From the NCBI GenBank assembly GCA_022791135.1, contig JAAVYM010000020.1:9038-73037 (forward strand): a stretch of DNA of 64,000 bases. Direction: 5' to 3'. The stretch comes from Oscillibacter sp. GTDB lineage: Bacteria > Bacillota > Clostridia > Oscillospirales > Oscillospiraceae. The translations under genes were made by a program, and so were the position numbers. The notes beneath the pieces were generated by a model. The model was not told the origin of the DNA. It searched no databases and saw only the letters and a program-made list of their open reading frames with translations. Shown piece after piece: positions 29,243 through 39,710 of the stretch (within the stretch, counting starts at the first letter, position 1; the number at the start of each line of letters is the position of its first letter).

Positions 29243-30033
29243 TCGTTATTCGCGGGGCCGGGGACCTGGCCACCGGCGTGGCCCTCCGCCTCTGGCGGGC
29301 GGGGGTCCGGGCCGTTATGACCGACATTCCCCGGCCCACCGCCATCCGGCGAACCGTGGCCTTTTCCCAGGCTATCCTCCACGGGGAGGCCGTGGTGGAG
29401 GGTATCGCGGCCCGGCGGGCCGAATCCCCCCGGCAGGCTCTGGAGCTTTTGGAGCAGGGGGTGGTTCCCGTGCTGGCGGACCCGGAGGGGGCCTGTATCC
29501 CCGTCCTCAAGCCGGGGACGGTAGTGGATGCCATCCTGGCAAAGCGGAATTTGGGCACCCGCATCACGGACGCCCCGGTGGTTATTGGCGTGGGACCCGG
29601 CTTTACGGCGGGGATGGACTGTCACGCCGTGGTGGAGACCATGCGGGGCCATTACCTGGGCCGCGCCCTCTATGAGGGAAGCGCCCAGCCCAACACCGGC
29701 ATCCCGGGGCTGATCGGCGGCTTTGCCGGGGAGCGGGTGCTCCGGGCGCCGGCGGACGGTGTGTTCCGGCAGATTTTGGACATCGGCGCCCAGGTGAAAA
29801 TGGGGGACATCGCCGCCGAGGTGGACGGCCAGCCTATGCTCTGCACCCTGGACGGCGTGCTTCGGGGCATCCTGCCGGATGGAACGCCGGTGCACAAGGG
29901 CATGAAGGCCGGAGATGTGGACCCCCGCTGCGAGACCGCCCACTGCTATTGCGCCAGCGACAAGGCCCTTGCCGTGGGCGGCGGGGTGCTGGAGGCCCTG
30001 CTCAACTTGTCCGGTTTGTTGAAATCCATTTAA
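29236..30033 (+). CDS. yqeB: Selenium-dependent molybdenum hydroxylase system protein YqeB
   Basis: IRGAGDLATGVA, IRRTVAF, DAILAKRNLGT, ETMRGH, SDKALAVGGGVLEA. Confidence 0.93.
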   Translation: MLVVIRGAGDLATGVALRLWRAGVRAVMTDIPRPTAIRRTVAFSQAILHGEAVVEGIAARRAESPRQALELLEQGVVPVLADPEGACIPVLKPGTVVDAILAKRNLGTRITDAPVVIGVGPGFTAGMDCHAVVETMRGHYLGRALYEGSAQPNTGIPGLIGGFAGERVLRAPADGVFRQILDIGAQVKMGDIAAEVDGQPMLCTLDGVLRGILPDGTPVHKGMKAGDVDPRCETAHCYCASDKALAVGGGVLEALLNLSGLLKSI

Positions 30034-30229
30034 TTATTACAATTTGTATTGTATCTTGCGCCCAGCGGGAGGCCCGCGGCCCGAGGGGAGGGCTTTTTGC
30101 CCAGGCTGTGTCCCAACGGACGGAACGCCGGCGGGAATCCGCCCCCTCCTTTGCCGGACAAAATCCTCCCCCGCCAATCCGCCGCGTTTCCCAACCGCTG
30201 CAGGTTCTTAAACATCAGGAGGACATCCT

Positions 30230-31270
30230 ATGCGTGAAAACGAAATCAAGCTGACCAAGCTCGCCAAGTGCGCCGGGTGCGGTGCAAAGGTCGGGGCCGG
30301 CACCCTGGCCCAGCTGCTGGAGGGCATCCAGGTCCATCAGGACCCCAATTTGCTGGTGGGGTTTGACAGGAGCGACGACGCCTCCGTTTACAAGCTCTCC
30401 GAGGAGCTGGCCCTGGTCCAGACGGTAGACTTCTTCCCGCCCATCGCCGACGACCCCTACCTCTTCGGCCAGATCGCCGCCGCCAACGCCCTTTCCGACG
30501 TGTACGCCATGGGGGGCGAGCCGAAGCTCTGTCTGAACATCATGGCCGTGCCCAAGGACATGCCCCGGGAGGTGGTGCACAACCTGCTCCGGGGAGGCTA
30601 TGACAAGGTCTATGAGGCGGGGGCATTGATCACCGGCGGGCACAGCATCCTGGACGAAGAGCCGAAGTACGGCCTGGCCGTCACCGGCTTCGTCCGCCCG
30701 GACCGCATGCTCACCAACTCCGGGGCCAGGCCGGGAGACGTGCTGCTGTTCACCAAGCCTCTGGGCATCGGCGTGCTGACCACCGCCGCCAAGGCCGAGA
30801 TGGCTCCTCCAGAGGCCATGGCCCGGACCCAGCGGCTGATGACCACGCTGAACAAAAGCGCCCGGGACGCAATGGTGAAATACCGCGTCCACGCCTGCAC
30901 GGACGTGACGGGCTTTGGCCTTTTGGGCCACGGGCTGGAAATGGCCCAGGGCAGCGGTGTGGAGCTGGAGATCCGCGTGGGGGCGGTGGACTTCATCCCC
31001 GAGGCGGCAGATCTGGCGAAAATGGGCGTCCTGCCCGAGGGCATGTATCGGAACCGGGCCTTTGCGGAAAGCTCCGTGGACCCCGGCGGCGCGGAGACCT
31101 GGCAGCAGGACCTGCTTTACGACCCCCAAACTTCCGGCGGGCTGCTGATGGCTGTGGACCCGGCGGACGCGGAGGCGCTGTTGGAGGAGCTGAATGGCTG
31201 CGTGCCCAGCGCCCAGCGGCTGGGGGACGTCCGGGAGTACCGGGGCGGCAAGCGGATCTTCCTGAAGTAA
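30230..31270 (+). CDS. selD: Selenide, water dikinase (Cys form)
   Basis: AGCGAK, DDASV, QTVDFF, NALSDVYAMGG, TDVTGFGLLGH, DPQTSGGLL. Confidence 0.97.
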   Translation: MRENEIKLTKLAKCAGCGAKVGAGTLAQLLEGIQVHQDPNLLVGFDRSDDASVYKLSEELALVQTVDFFPPIADDPYLFGQIAAANALSDVYAMGGEPKLCLNIMAVPKDMPREVVHNLLRGGYDKVYEAGALITGGHSILDEEPKYGLAVTGFVRPDRMLTNSGARPGDVLLFTKPLGIGVLTTAAKAEMAPPEAMARTQRLMTTLNKSARDAMVKYRVHACTDVTGFGLLGHGLEMAQGSGVELEIRVGAVDFIPEAADLAKMGVLPEGMYRNRAFAESSVDPGGAETWQQDLLYDPQTSGGLLMAVDPADAEALLEELNGCVPSAQRLGDVREYRGGKRIFLK

Positions 31271-31395
31271 AGGGATCTTTGCCGCGGGGAAACGGGACGG
31301 GGCGCAAAGCGTAAGAAAACTGTAAGGATATTGTCGAGGGTTTCGTAAGAAACGGGTGGTATGATGGGGGCATCCCAAAAAGGAGATGGTTTCCC

Positions 31396-32342
31396 ATGAA
31401 ATACCGCGCCGCTCTGTGTTTCCTGCTGGCCTTTTTGACGGCCTGCGCTCCGCCTCCGGCGGACTCCAGAACCGTCCGGACCACCCCCTGCCGTCCGGCG
31501 GCGGAGGGAGTCCTCCGGGAGCCGGATGCCGGAGAACTTCTGGACTCCGGAGACCTCCGGGGGGCGGACCTGCGGGAGCTGGAGTTGTCGGGGGAGGCGG
31601 AGCGGCTCTTTGCCGCCGACTTCGATACCAACACCCAATGGCCGGAGTCCCTGCCTGTGGATTTTGACCCGGACACCCTGCTGCGCCTGGGCAAGGACCC
31701 AGGCCTGGGCCTCCGGCAGCTCCATGGGGAGGGAATCACCGGAAAGGGCGTGGGCATCGCTATCATCGACCAGGCCCTGCTGGCGGAGCATGTGGAATAC
31801 GGCGGCCGCCTGCGGCTCTATCAGGCGTACCACGGTGCCGCGCAGTCCCCCGCCTCCATGCACGGCGCCGCCGTGGCCTCCATCGCCCTGGGGGAGACCG
31901 TGGGCGTAGCCCCGGAGGCCCTGCTGTACTTCATCGCCGACGACCTGGGGACCGGCTCTGAGGAGAATTTCGTCAGGGACTTGACCTGGTACGCCGAGGA
32001 CGTAGAGCGCCTGGTCTCCCTGAACGAGACCCTTCCCGAGGACGAGAGAATCCGGGTGATCTCTATGTCCGTCGGCTGGGTGCCCGGAGACCGGGGAGCC
32101 GAAGCGCTGGAGGAGGCCATCGCCCGCGCCCGGGCGGCGGAGATCGCTGTGGTCTGCGTCAACAGCCGGGACCCTCTGCTGCCCTGGCCTGTCAGGTGAA
32201 GCCGGAGGTGACCTATGAGGAATTTCTCTCCGCTACCCAGGCCACTGCCCGGCCCGTTTCCATCTGGAAAGACGAGAAGACGGAATATTTCTACGGAAAG
32301 GCCGTGGACCCGGCGGCGCTGCTGGAGGCGCTGGACAAATAG
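31396..32342 (+). pseudogene. Subtilisin-like S8 lipoprotein peptidase with internal deletion and frameshift
   Basis: Lipobox LTAC, Asp motif (IAIID) and His motif (MHGAAVAS) present; no catalytic Ser segment; C-terminus ALACQVKPEV..DPAALLEALDK* continues in another frame to 32342. Confidence 0.8.
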
Positions 32343-32375
32343 AGAAAGCGGACGGCTGAGCCGTCCGCTTTTCGC

Positions 32376-33263
32376 TTATGCAATCCTTGCCAGCCACTTC
32401 AAATCATAGGGTTCGAACACGACCTTCTCATACGCCTCCACGTCCAGAGGCGTGCCGTCCCAGTCGCCGTGGATGTCGCCGTTTTGCTTGATGAGGATAT
32501 CGTATAGAATGTCGTAGGTGACGCCGTCCGCCCGGTCCGTCTCCACAATGGTGGAATAGGGCAGGGTCTTGTGATACGTCAGCTCCATGCCCTGATAGTC
32601 AAAGTGGAAGCCGCAGCGCATCCGGCAGCCGTCCAGACCGGTGTACCGGGCGATCTTTTTCAGGTCCTGGAGGATCTTGTCGTTCTCCTCCTCATAGAGG
32701 TTCTCCGGCGTGGTGGCCGTGTAGTCAAACCGGAACTGAATGGACGCGCCGGGAAGCTTGTGGAACCGGTCCAGATAGGGAATCAGGTCCCGGGCCGGGT
32801 AGTCCTTGTACAGCACGCAGTTGATACGGAAGGGAACCGGCAGGCGGGCCAGCAGGCCGTCGTTGGATTCCACCACATACTTCTGCATGTGCCGGGAGAC
32901 ATTGATGCAGGTGATCTTATGCCGGTTCTTCTCCGTGAAGGCCAGGATATCCTCCTCCGTCTGGAACTCCGACACCGGCAGAGTGGTGTTGATATAGACC
33001 TTGTGGGTCGTGGGAATCTCGTCCAGCATGGTCTGAAGAACCTTTAAGTCCGCGAAGGGTTCTCCGCCGGTGAACACAAAATCGCAGCGGGGCGTGATGG
33101 CGTCCATCCGGCGGATGCTGGCGCAGATCTTCTCGGCGGAGAAGCCGGTCAAATCTGCGTATTCGCCTTTATTGATGCAGAAGGGGCAGTGGTTCTTGCA
33201 GTCGTAGGGGACGAAGACCGTCACCGTAGCGCCGCCTTCCCGCGTCTTGTAGGGATGCTTCAT
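32376..33263 (-). CDS. Radical SAM protein of unknown function
   Basis: CKNHCPFC motif and FTGGEP. Confidence 0.9.
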   Translation of the reverse strand: MKHPYKTREGGATVTVFVPYDCKNHCPFCINKGEYADLTGFSAEKICASIRRMDAITPRCDFVFTGGEPFADLKVLQTMLDEIPTTHKVYINTTLPVSEFQTEEDILAFTEKNRHKITCINVSRHMQKYVVESNDGLLARLPVPFRINCVLYKDYPARDLIPYLDRFHKLPGASIQFRFDYTATTPENLYEEENDKILQDLKKIARYTGLDGCRMRCGFHFDYQGMELTYHKTLPYSTIVETDRADGVTYDILYDILIKQNGDIHGDWDGTPLDVEAYEKVVFEPYDLKWLARIA

Positions 33264-33458
33264 AACGTCGTCTCGCCTTTCCGTCTATCGTGATAGCGCA
33301 CGGCTTGGGATGCCGTACACGAAAGTATATTTTACTGGATTTTTGCCGGAAGGTCAAGAGCAATTATGAAATTCTCCGCTGAAAAAATCTGTACATCCGG
33401 CCCCTCCGGCCGCCGCCGCCCACTGCACCCCAGCCGCAGGAGCAAAGCCTGCTGGGCG

Positions 33459-35879
33459 TCAGGGCTTCACAATCAGGTTCACCAGGCGATTCTTCACGAA
33501 GATGGTCTTGACCACCTTCATTCCCGCGGTGGCCTTTTGAACCTTCTCCACCGCCAGGGCCGCGTCCACCACGGCCTGCTCCTCGCTGTCCGTGGGCATC
33601 GAAACAGTGCCCTTCAGCTTGCCGTTGACCTGGACGGCGAACTCCACCGTGGAGGCCACGGTCTTGCGCTCGTCGTATGCGGGCCAGCTGCTCTGGCAGC
33701 ACATCTTCCCGCTCTGCGCCGCAAAGCCGAACCGCTCCCACAATTCCTCCGTGATATGGGGGGCGAAGGGGTTCAGCAGCTGGATCAGGATCTTCATGTC
33801 GCCCTTCGTCACGCCGTTGGCGGTCAGCTCGTTGACGGCGGTCATCATGGCGGCGATGGCGGTGTTCATCTTCAGGCTGTCCACGTCCGAGGTGACCTTC
33901 TTGATGGTACGGTGGAGAATCGCCTCGTTGGCGGGGGAGAGGTTCGGGTCGTCCTTGGCGCTCTCAGCCAGGTTCCACACCCGGTCCAAAAAGCGCTTGG
34001 ACCCCTTCACGGCCTCGGTGGACCAGATGGCCGCCTGCTCGAAATCGCCCACAAACATGATATAGAGCCGCATGGTGTCCGCGCCGTACTGGGCCACAAT
34101 GTCATTGGGATTCACCACGTTGCCCCGGGACTTGGACATCTTCTCGCCGCCCTCGCCCAGAATCATGCCGTGGCTGGTCCGCTTGGCATAGGGTTCCTTG
34201 GTGGGAACCACGCCGATGTCATAGAGGAACTTGTGCCAGAAGCGGGAATAGAGCAGGTGCAGCGTCGTGTGCTCCATGCCGCCGTTGTACCAGTCCACGG
34301 GGGACCAGTACTCCAGGGCCTCCTTGCTGGCCAGAGCCTTGTCGTTGTGGGGGTCCATATAGCGCAGGAAATACCAGCAAGAACCCGCCCACTGGGGCAT
34401 GGTATCCGTCTCCCGCTGGGCGGGGCCACCACACTGGGGGCAGGTGGTGTTTACCCAGCCGGTCATTTTCGAAAGAGGGGACTCGCCGGTATCGGTCAGC
34501 TCGTAGCTCTCCACTTCCGGCAGCAGCAGCGGCAGCTGCTCCTCCGGCAGGGGAACCCAGCCGCACTGGGGACAGTTCACCAGGGGGATGGGTTCGCCCC
34601 AGTAGCGCTGGCGGCTGAAGACCCAGTCCCGGAGTTTGAAGTTGATTTTCTTCACGCCGAAGCCGTGCTCCACGGCATAGTCCTTCATGGCGGGAATAGC
34701 CTCTTTCACGGTCATACCGTTCAAGAAACCGGAGTTGATCATGATGCCGTCGTCCTTAGCGGTATAAGCGCACTTGCTGATGTCCCCGCCCGCCACCACG
34801 GGGATGATGGACAGGCCAAACTTCGTGGCGAACTCCCAGTCCCGCTGATCGTGGCCAGGCACACCCATGACGATGCCGGTGCCATAGCCCATCAGCACAT
34901 AGTCGGAGACAAACATGGGAACGGTCTCGCCGTTGACAGGATTGGTGACCAGGACGCCCCCCAGCCGGACGCCGGTTTTCTCCTTATTCAGCTCGCCCCG
35001 CTCGAAATCGGACTTCCGGGCGGCCTCGTCCTGATAGGCAGCCACCTCATCCCAGTTGGAGATACGGTCCTTCCACTTTTCCAGCAGGGGGTGCTCCGGG
35101 GAGATGACCACGTAGGACATGCCGAAAAGGGTGTCCGCCCGGGTGGTGTAGACGCTGACGATGTCTTCCATATTGGTCTTGAAGGTCAGCTCGCAGCCCT
35201 CGGAGCGGCCGATCCAGTTGCGCTGCTGGATTTTGACCCGGTTGATATAGTCCACACCGTCTAAATCGTCGATAAGGCGGCCGGCGTACTTGGTGATGGC
35301 CAGCATCCACTGGGACTTCTCCTTGCGGATAACCGCGCTGCCGCAGCGCTCGCAGACGCCCTCCACCACTTCCTCGTTGGCCAGGACACACTTGCAGCTG
35401 GTGCACCAGTTCACGGGCATGGAGGCTTTATAGGCCAGGCCCTTCTTAAAGAGCTGGAGGAAAATCCACTGGGTCCACTTGTAATATTCCGGGTCCGTGG
35501 TGTTGACCACCCGGTCCCAGTCGAAGGAATAGCCCAGCATCTGAAGCTGGCGGGTGAAGTTCGCCACGTTGTCCCGCGTGACCTTGGCAGGGTGGATGTG
35601 ATTCTTGATGGCGTAGTTCTCCGTGGGCAGGCCGAAGGCGTCGTAGCCGATGGGGAAGAGGACGTTATAGCCCTGCATCCGCTTTTTGCGGCAGATGATG
35701 TCCATGGCGGTGAAGGGCCGGGCGTGGCCCACGTGAAGGCCCTGGCCGGAGGGGTAGGGGAATTCGATGAGACCGAAGAACTTCTCCCGGCTCTTGTCGC
35801 CGTTGACGGCGGCGAAGGGTTTTTCCTCCAGCCATTTGTCCTGCCACTTTTTCTCGATGGCGGTAAAATCGTATTTCAT
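33459..35879 (-). CDS. leuS: Leucine--tRNA ligase
   Basis: [33 protein letters not shown]. Confidence 0.98.
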   Translation of the reverse strand: MKYDFTAIEKKWQDKWLEEKPFAAVNGDKSREKFFGLIEFPYPSGQGLHVGHARPFTAMDIICRKKRMQGYNVLFPIGYDAFGLPTENYAIKNHIHPAKVTRDNVANFTRQLQMLGYSFDWDRVVNTTDPEYYKWTQWIFLQLFKKGLAYKASMPVNWCTSCKCVLANEEVVEGVCERCGSAVIRKEKSQWMLAITKYAGRLIDDLDGVDYINRVKIQQRNWIGRSEGCELTFKTNMEDIVSVYTTRADTLFGMSYVVISPEHPLLEKWKDRISNWDEVAAYQDEAARKSDFERGELNKEKTGVRLGGVLVTNPVNGETVPMFVSDYVLMGYGTGIVMGVPGHDQRDWEFATKFGLSIIPVVAGGDISKCAYTAKDDGIMINSGFLNGMTVKEAIPAMKDYAVEHGFGVKKINFKLRDWVFSRQRYWGEPIPLVNCPQCGWVPLPEEQLPLLLPEVESYELTDTGESPLSKMTGWVNTTCPQCGGPAQRETDTMPQWAGSCWYFLRYMDPHNDKALASKEALEYWSPVDWYNGGMEHTTLHLLYSRFWHKFLYDIGVVPTKEPYAKRTSHGMILGEGGEKMSKSRGNVVNPNDIVAQYGADTMRLYIMFVGDFEQAAIWSTEAVKGSKRFLDRVWNLAESAKDDPNLSPANEAILHRTIKKVTSDVDSLKMNTAIAAMMTAVNELTANGVTKGDMKILIQLLNPFAPHITEELWERFGFAAQSGKMCCQSSWPAYDERKTVASTVEFAVQVNGKLKGTVSMPTDSEEQAVVDAALAVEKVQKATAGMKVVKTIFVKNRLVNLIVKP

Positions 35880-36147
35880 GCGTGTTCTCCTTCTATTTTA
35901 ATATAGCTGTTATAGAACGCTTTTTCCAAGCGGGGTCTGCCTTGCCCGGATGGGCGGGGAAGCTTCAGCCATGAAGATGGCTGGTCCATTGTACCCCGTC
36001 CTCTCCTTTCGCAGAAGAAAGAATGGGCCATGCGCGGCGGAAGAGAAAAACGGGAGCGCGGCGCTGTACGGGCGGGGGCGATTGACGCAAGGCCCGCCCG
36101 TCTCTCCCCGCTGCCGCTAAGCCGGCAATGAACTGTGGGATTCTGCC

Positions 36148-36558
36148 TCAATTCCGTTCGAAGCCCAGGTAACGCGTGCCTTGGAAGCTTAGGCTGCCCC
36201 GGTCCCCCTCCGCCAGCATCCCGTACTCGGGGCCGCTGACGGAAAACTCCATCCGGTCCCCGCTCTCCACCTGAAAGGTGACGTAATAAGAGGTGTGGGT
36301 GGCCGTATGGCCCATGCCCATGCCGCCGTGGTGACTGCCGTGGGCATGGTGGCGGTGGTGGGTGACGCTGGTCCGTTTGGTGACCACTTGGGCGGGAACC
36401 GTCAGCCGGGGGGAGGCGTTGTTTTTGCTCCAGGTGCTGACGCCCCGGACCGCCGTGACGATGAACATGCCAATAACAATGACAAATACCGCCATGAAAA
36501 GAGAGGGGAAAATCGAAAACATCATATCAAATCCGCCCACGCCAAACCCTGTGATCAT
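36148..36558 (-). CDS. DUF2500 family protein with His-rich insert
   Basis: W.KNNASPRLTV, YYVTFQVESGDRMEF, G.LSFQGTRY. Confidence 0.88.
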   Translation of the reverse strand: MITGFGVGGFDMMFSIFPSLFMAVFVIVIGMFIVTAVRGVSTWSKNNASPRLTVPAQVVTKRTSVTHHRHHAHGSHHGGMGMGHTATHTSYYVTFQVESGDRMEFSVSGPEYGMLAEGDRGSLSFQGTRYLGFERN

Positions 36559-36579
36559 ATTCCTCTCCTTTTGCAAACG

Positions 36580-36810
36580 ACGAAAACGCCCCCAGCCAAA
36601 CGGCCAGGGGCGTAAAAGCACGCGGTACCACCCTGTTCAGCCGCCAAAGGCGGCCCTCAAGGCCCTGTAACGGAGGCGAGCCGCCCCGCCCTACTTCTCG
36701 GACGGGAGACTCCGGGGCCAGTCATCCGCGGGATTCCCCCGCCGGCTCGCAGCGCCCGCCGGCTCTCTGAGGGTGGGAAGGTCCGCCTTTTCCCCTTCAT
36801 CGTCTTTCAA
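36580..36810 (-). promoter_or_regulatory. T-box riboswitch, Leu (CUG) specifier
   Basis: Minus strand AAAGACGATGAAGGG..AGAGAG..GCTGCGA, specifier CTG (36719-36721), AGGGTGGTACCGCG T-box, terminator hairpin. Confidence 0.9.
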
Positions 36811-37023
36811 CAGGCCCTATTGTACGGGGAAGGCGGCGGTTTGTCAAGGGGAAATGGACAGATACTTTGCCTTTTCCGGAATTTTTGGCCCACAAAACAG
36901 CGAAAACAGTCCGGGACTCCCGGATATTTGTGCAATAAAGCCGGTCCAGGCTCCGCCGCTTTCGAGGGCGCGGCTTATTATGGGAAACCGCCCGGGTCTC
37001 GTCCCGGGCGGCTTTACGCCGGA

Positions 37024-38556
37024 TTACTGCTCCTTCACCTCGTCAAAGAGTCCCTCGACCTCCTTGTCCGGGGCCGGAGTGGCCAGGCTGACGATTACGA
37101 TGGCCGCCAGACCCACGATGAAGGCGGGCAGCAGCTCGTAAATATCCAGCGCGCCGCCCATGGGGCGCACCAGGAACTTCCAGACGAAGATCATGACGCC
37201 GCCGGCCACCAGGCCGGCCATGATGCCCTGGCGATTGCTCCGCTTCCAGTAAAGGGCGCAGAGGATGGTGGGGCCAAACGTGGCGCCGAAGCCCGCCCAG
37301 GCGAAGGACACGATCTGGAACACGTTGCTGTCCGGGTCCGAGGCCAGGAAGAGGGCAATGACCGCAATGACCACCACCGTCAGCCGGGCCACCAGCATGG
37401 TCTGCTTCTCCGTCAGCTTCACGCCGAAGACCTCCTGCACCATGTTCTCGGAAAAGGCTGAGGACGCCGCCAGCAGCTGGCTGTCCGCCGTGGACATGGT
37501 GGCGGCCAGAATGCCCGCCAGGATGCAGCCCGCCACGATGGCGGGGAAAATCCCGTAAGAGGACAGCAGGTCCGACAGCCTCACGATGATGGTCTCTGTG
37601 GCGCTGCCCTCCAGGAAGGGAACCCGGCCCGCGGCGGAAACCGCGTGGCCCACAATGCCGATGAACACCGCCACGCCCATGGAAATCACCACCCAGGTGG
37701 CGGCGATACGGCGGGAGAGGGTCAGCTCGTTCTCGTCCCGGATGGCCATGAAGCGGACCAGAATATGGGGCATGCCAAAATACCCCAGGCCCCAGGCCAT
37801 CATGGAGACGATGCGGATGAAGCCGTAGGGGTCTGCCCCGCCGGTGGAGGCATTGTAGGTCTGGGTGAAGCTGAAGAAGCCCGGCAGGGTCTGGGCGTGG
37901 GCGAGGACCGCGTCCATGCCGCCGGCCTGGACCACGCCGAAGACGACGATGACAGCCAGGGCGGCGGTCATGATGATGGACTGAATCAGGTCCATGGTCG
38001 CCACGGCATTGAAGCCGCCGATGGAGGTGTAGCTGATGATGACCACCGCGCCGATGGCGGCGGCAACCATGTAGTCCCAGCCGAAAAGGCTGTTGAAGAG
38101 CTTGCCCACGGCGGCAAGGCCCGAGGCGACATAGGGCACGAAGAAAATCAGAATGATGAGGGCGGAGATGCACATGATGACGGGCCGCTTCTCTCCGTAA
38201 CGCTTGGAGATGAAGCTGGGGATGGTGATGGCGTCCAGCTTCACGCTGTAGCGCCGGAGCTTTTTCGCCACCAGCAGGAAGTTCAGGTAGGTGCCAACGG
38301 CCAGACCGATGGCGGTCCAGCTGGCGTCCGCCACGCCGGAGAGGTAGGCCAGGCCCGGGATGCCCATGAGCAGGTAACTGCTCATGTCGGACGCCTCGGC
38401 GCTCATGGCGGTGACCAGGGGGCCAATGCCCCGGCCGCCCAGGTAGAAGCCCTCGGCGCTCTTTTTGGAACGGCGGCCAATCATCACGCCTGTGAAGATG
38501 ACAAGGCAGAGGTACACGATGATGGTGGCCATGATACAGATTTGTGCGGTAGACAT
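37024..38556 (-). CDS. putP: Sodium/proline symporter
   Basis: AMSAEASDMS, WGLGYFGMPHILVRFMAI, MSTADSQLL, AWAGFGATFGP. Confidence 0.95.
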   Translation of the reverse strand: MSTAQICIMATIIVYLCLVIFTGVMIGRRSKKSAEGFYLGGRGIGPLVTAMSAEASDMSSYLLMGIPGLAYLSGVADASWTAIGLAVGTYLNFLLVAKKLRRYSVKLDAITIPSFISKRYGEKRPVIMCISALIILIFFVPYVASGLAAVGKLFNSLFGWDYMVAAAIGAVVIISYTSIGGFNAVATMDLIQSIIMTAALAVIVVFGVVQAGGMDAVLAHAQTLPGFFSFTQTYNASTGGADPYGFIRIVSMMAWGLGYFGMPHILVRFMAIRDENELTLSRRIAATWVVISMGVAVFIGIVGHAVSAAGRVPFLEGSATETIIVRLSDLLSSYGIFPAIVAGCILAGILAATMSTADSQLLAASSAFSENMVQEVFGVKLTEKQTMLVARLTVVVIAVIALFLASDPDSNVFQIVSFAWAGFGATFGPTILCALYWKRSNRQGIMAGLVAGGVMIFVWKFLVRPMGGALDIYELLPAFIVGLAAIVIVSLATPAPDKEVEGLFDEVKEQ

Positions 38557-38867
38557 ATTCTCTCTCCTTTTCGGTTCAATGGGTGATATCATAGCACAAT
38601 TTTTTATAGAACGAAAGACAGAACGAAGTATAGAATACATTCTATACCTTTCTTGATTATAAATTCCTAATATTTCAAAAAAAGCAGTGTTTATTTAGCG
38701 TTTTTATAAAGACGATTTTTAGGAAGATCCTTTGGTGGCAGAAAAACTGTTTGCCGGAAATACCTTGCACGGGAGAGACGGCTTCAAGAACCTGCGTTTC
38801 TTCCAGTCCCCACCACAAAAATGGGGCTGGACGATGAAGGCGGGTTATGCTATAATGAAATTGATAT

Positions 38868-38952
38868 GTGCCCGTGGCGAAATTGGCAGACGCAGTAGAT
38901 TTAGGTTCTACCTCCTCACGGAATAGGGGTTCAAGTCCCCTCGGGCACACCA
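38868..38952 (+). tRNA. tRNA-Leu(TAG)
   Basis: GTGCCCGTGGCGAAATTGGCAGACGC..TT-TAG-GT..GGTTCAAGTCC..CGGGCACACCA; long variable arm; TGCTATAAT extended -10 upstream. Confidence 0.95.
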
Positions 38953-39060
38953 GCTCAGGAATTCCCGCCACCGTTCTGTTTCCGGCTTCGCCGAAAACTG
39001 CACTATGGCGGGAATTCCTTCGCTTTCGGCCGAAATCCGCTTCGCTGGGTTTTCGGCCGG
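38953..39060 (+). repeat. tRNA 3'-trailer structured element, copy 1
   Basis: Homologous to the sequence after tRNA-Ser (28/32 identical over the first 32 nt); two hairpins. Confidence 0.85.
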
Positions 39061-39187
39061 GGAGACGGGGATGCGGTTGCTCTTTTGAGGCGGCGCAGTT
39101 CCGGTTCGGGGCGCGGAAACGAATCGTTACAATCGAGTTACATATTCTGCTGCAAATAAAACCTTTGCTCTATGTGCCTTCCTCTGA

Positions 39188-39204
39188 TTCGACAAATTTC
39201 GACA
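39188..39204 (-). promoter_or_regulatory. Tandem Spo0A boxes
   Basis: TTCGACA-aat-TTCGACA = two TGTCGAA boxes 10 bp apart. Confidence 0.6.
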
Positions 39205-39443
39205 ATCTTCACGCCGCATGCATGGACGGAGCGGAAAATCTGGAATAATCTTCCTTCAGAACCTAAGGCCTGTTTGAATCATGGCGGGATGCCCGGCGGT
39301 GAAAGATTTTCGCTGGGACAGGCGGTTTCCCCTGGGAACCCTGGCGAATTTCAAGGGAAATTTGTCAGGGTTCTGAGGAAAAATATCCGCTTTGGGTATT
39401 CTCGCATCGTTTAAACAGGCCCCAACACAAGGGGGAGATTATT

Positions 39444-39710
39444 TTGGTTTTAAGACGCCTGCCGTCTCAGGTGCAGAGAGAGATTTTTGGAGATATGATT
39501 CGCCGCGCCCGGAACCGGCTCGGACTTACCCAGGAAAACCTCGCTGAACTCATGAGCTGCTCTGCCCACTGGATTCACAAGGTGGAACGGGGAAAGAGCG
39601 ACCTCAATTGGATGGATACTCTCCACTTGACCGTGATCCTGGACCTGGACCCTGCAAAAATTCTGGAGGAGGTGGGTACCCATGCTCCTGTACCTTCCAA
39701 TCGAAAATGA
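39444..39710 (+). CDS. XRE-family HTH regulator
   Basis: IRRARNRLGLTQENLAE..IHKVERGK; TTG start after GGGGGAG. Confidence 0.85.
   Translation: MVLRRLPSQVQREIFGDMIRRARNRLGLTQENLAELMSCSAHWIHKVERGKSDLNWMDTLHLTVILDLDPAKILEEVGTHAPVPSNRK

Noticed and set aside
33366-35264. Long antisense ORFs (e.g. 632 aa opposite leuS; also 14713-16485, 16712-18394, 7680-9179, 26363-27922)
   Set aside because: Shadow frames of GC-rich real genes, with no motifs or RBS.
38953-39060. Theta/HDV-like ribozyme interpretation of the tRNA trailer
   Set aside because: The 5' end extends a simple long hairpin and I could not build the nested double pseudoknot, so it is kept only as an unclassified element.
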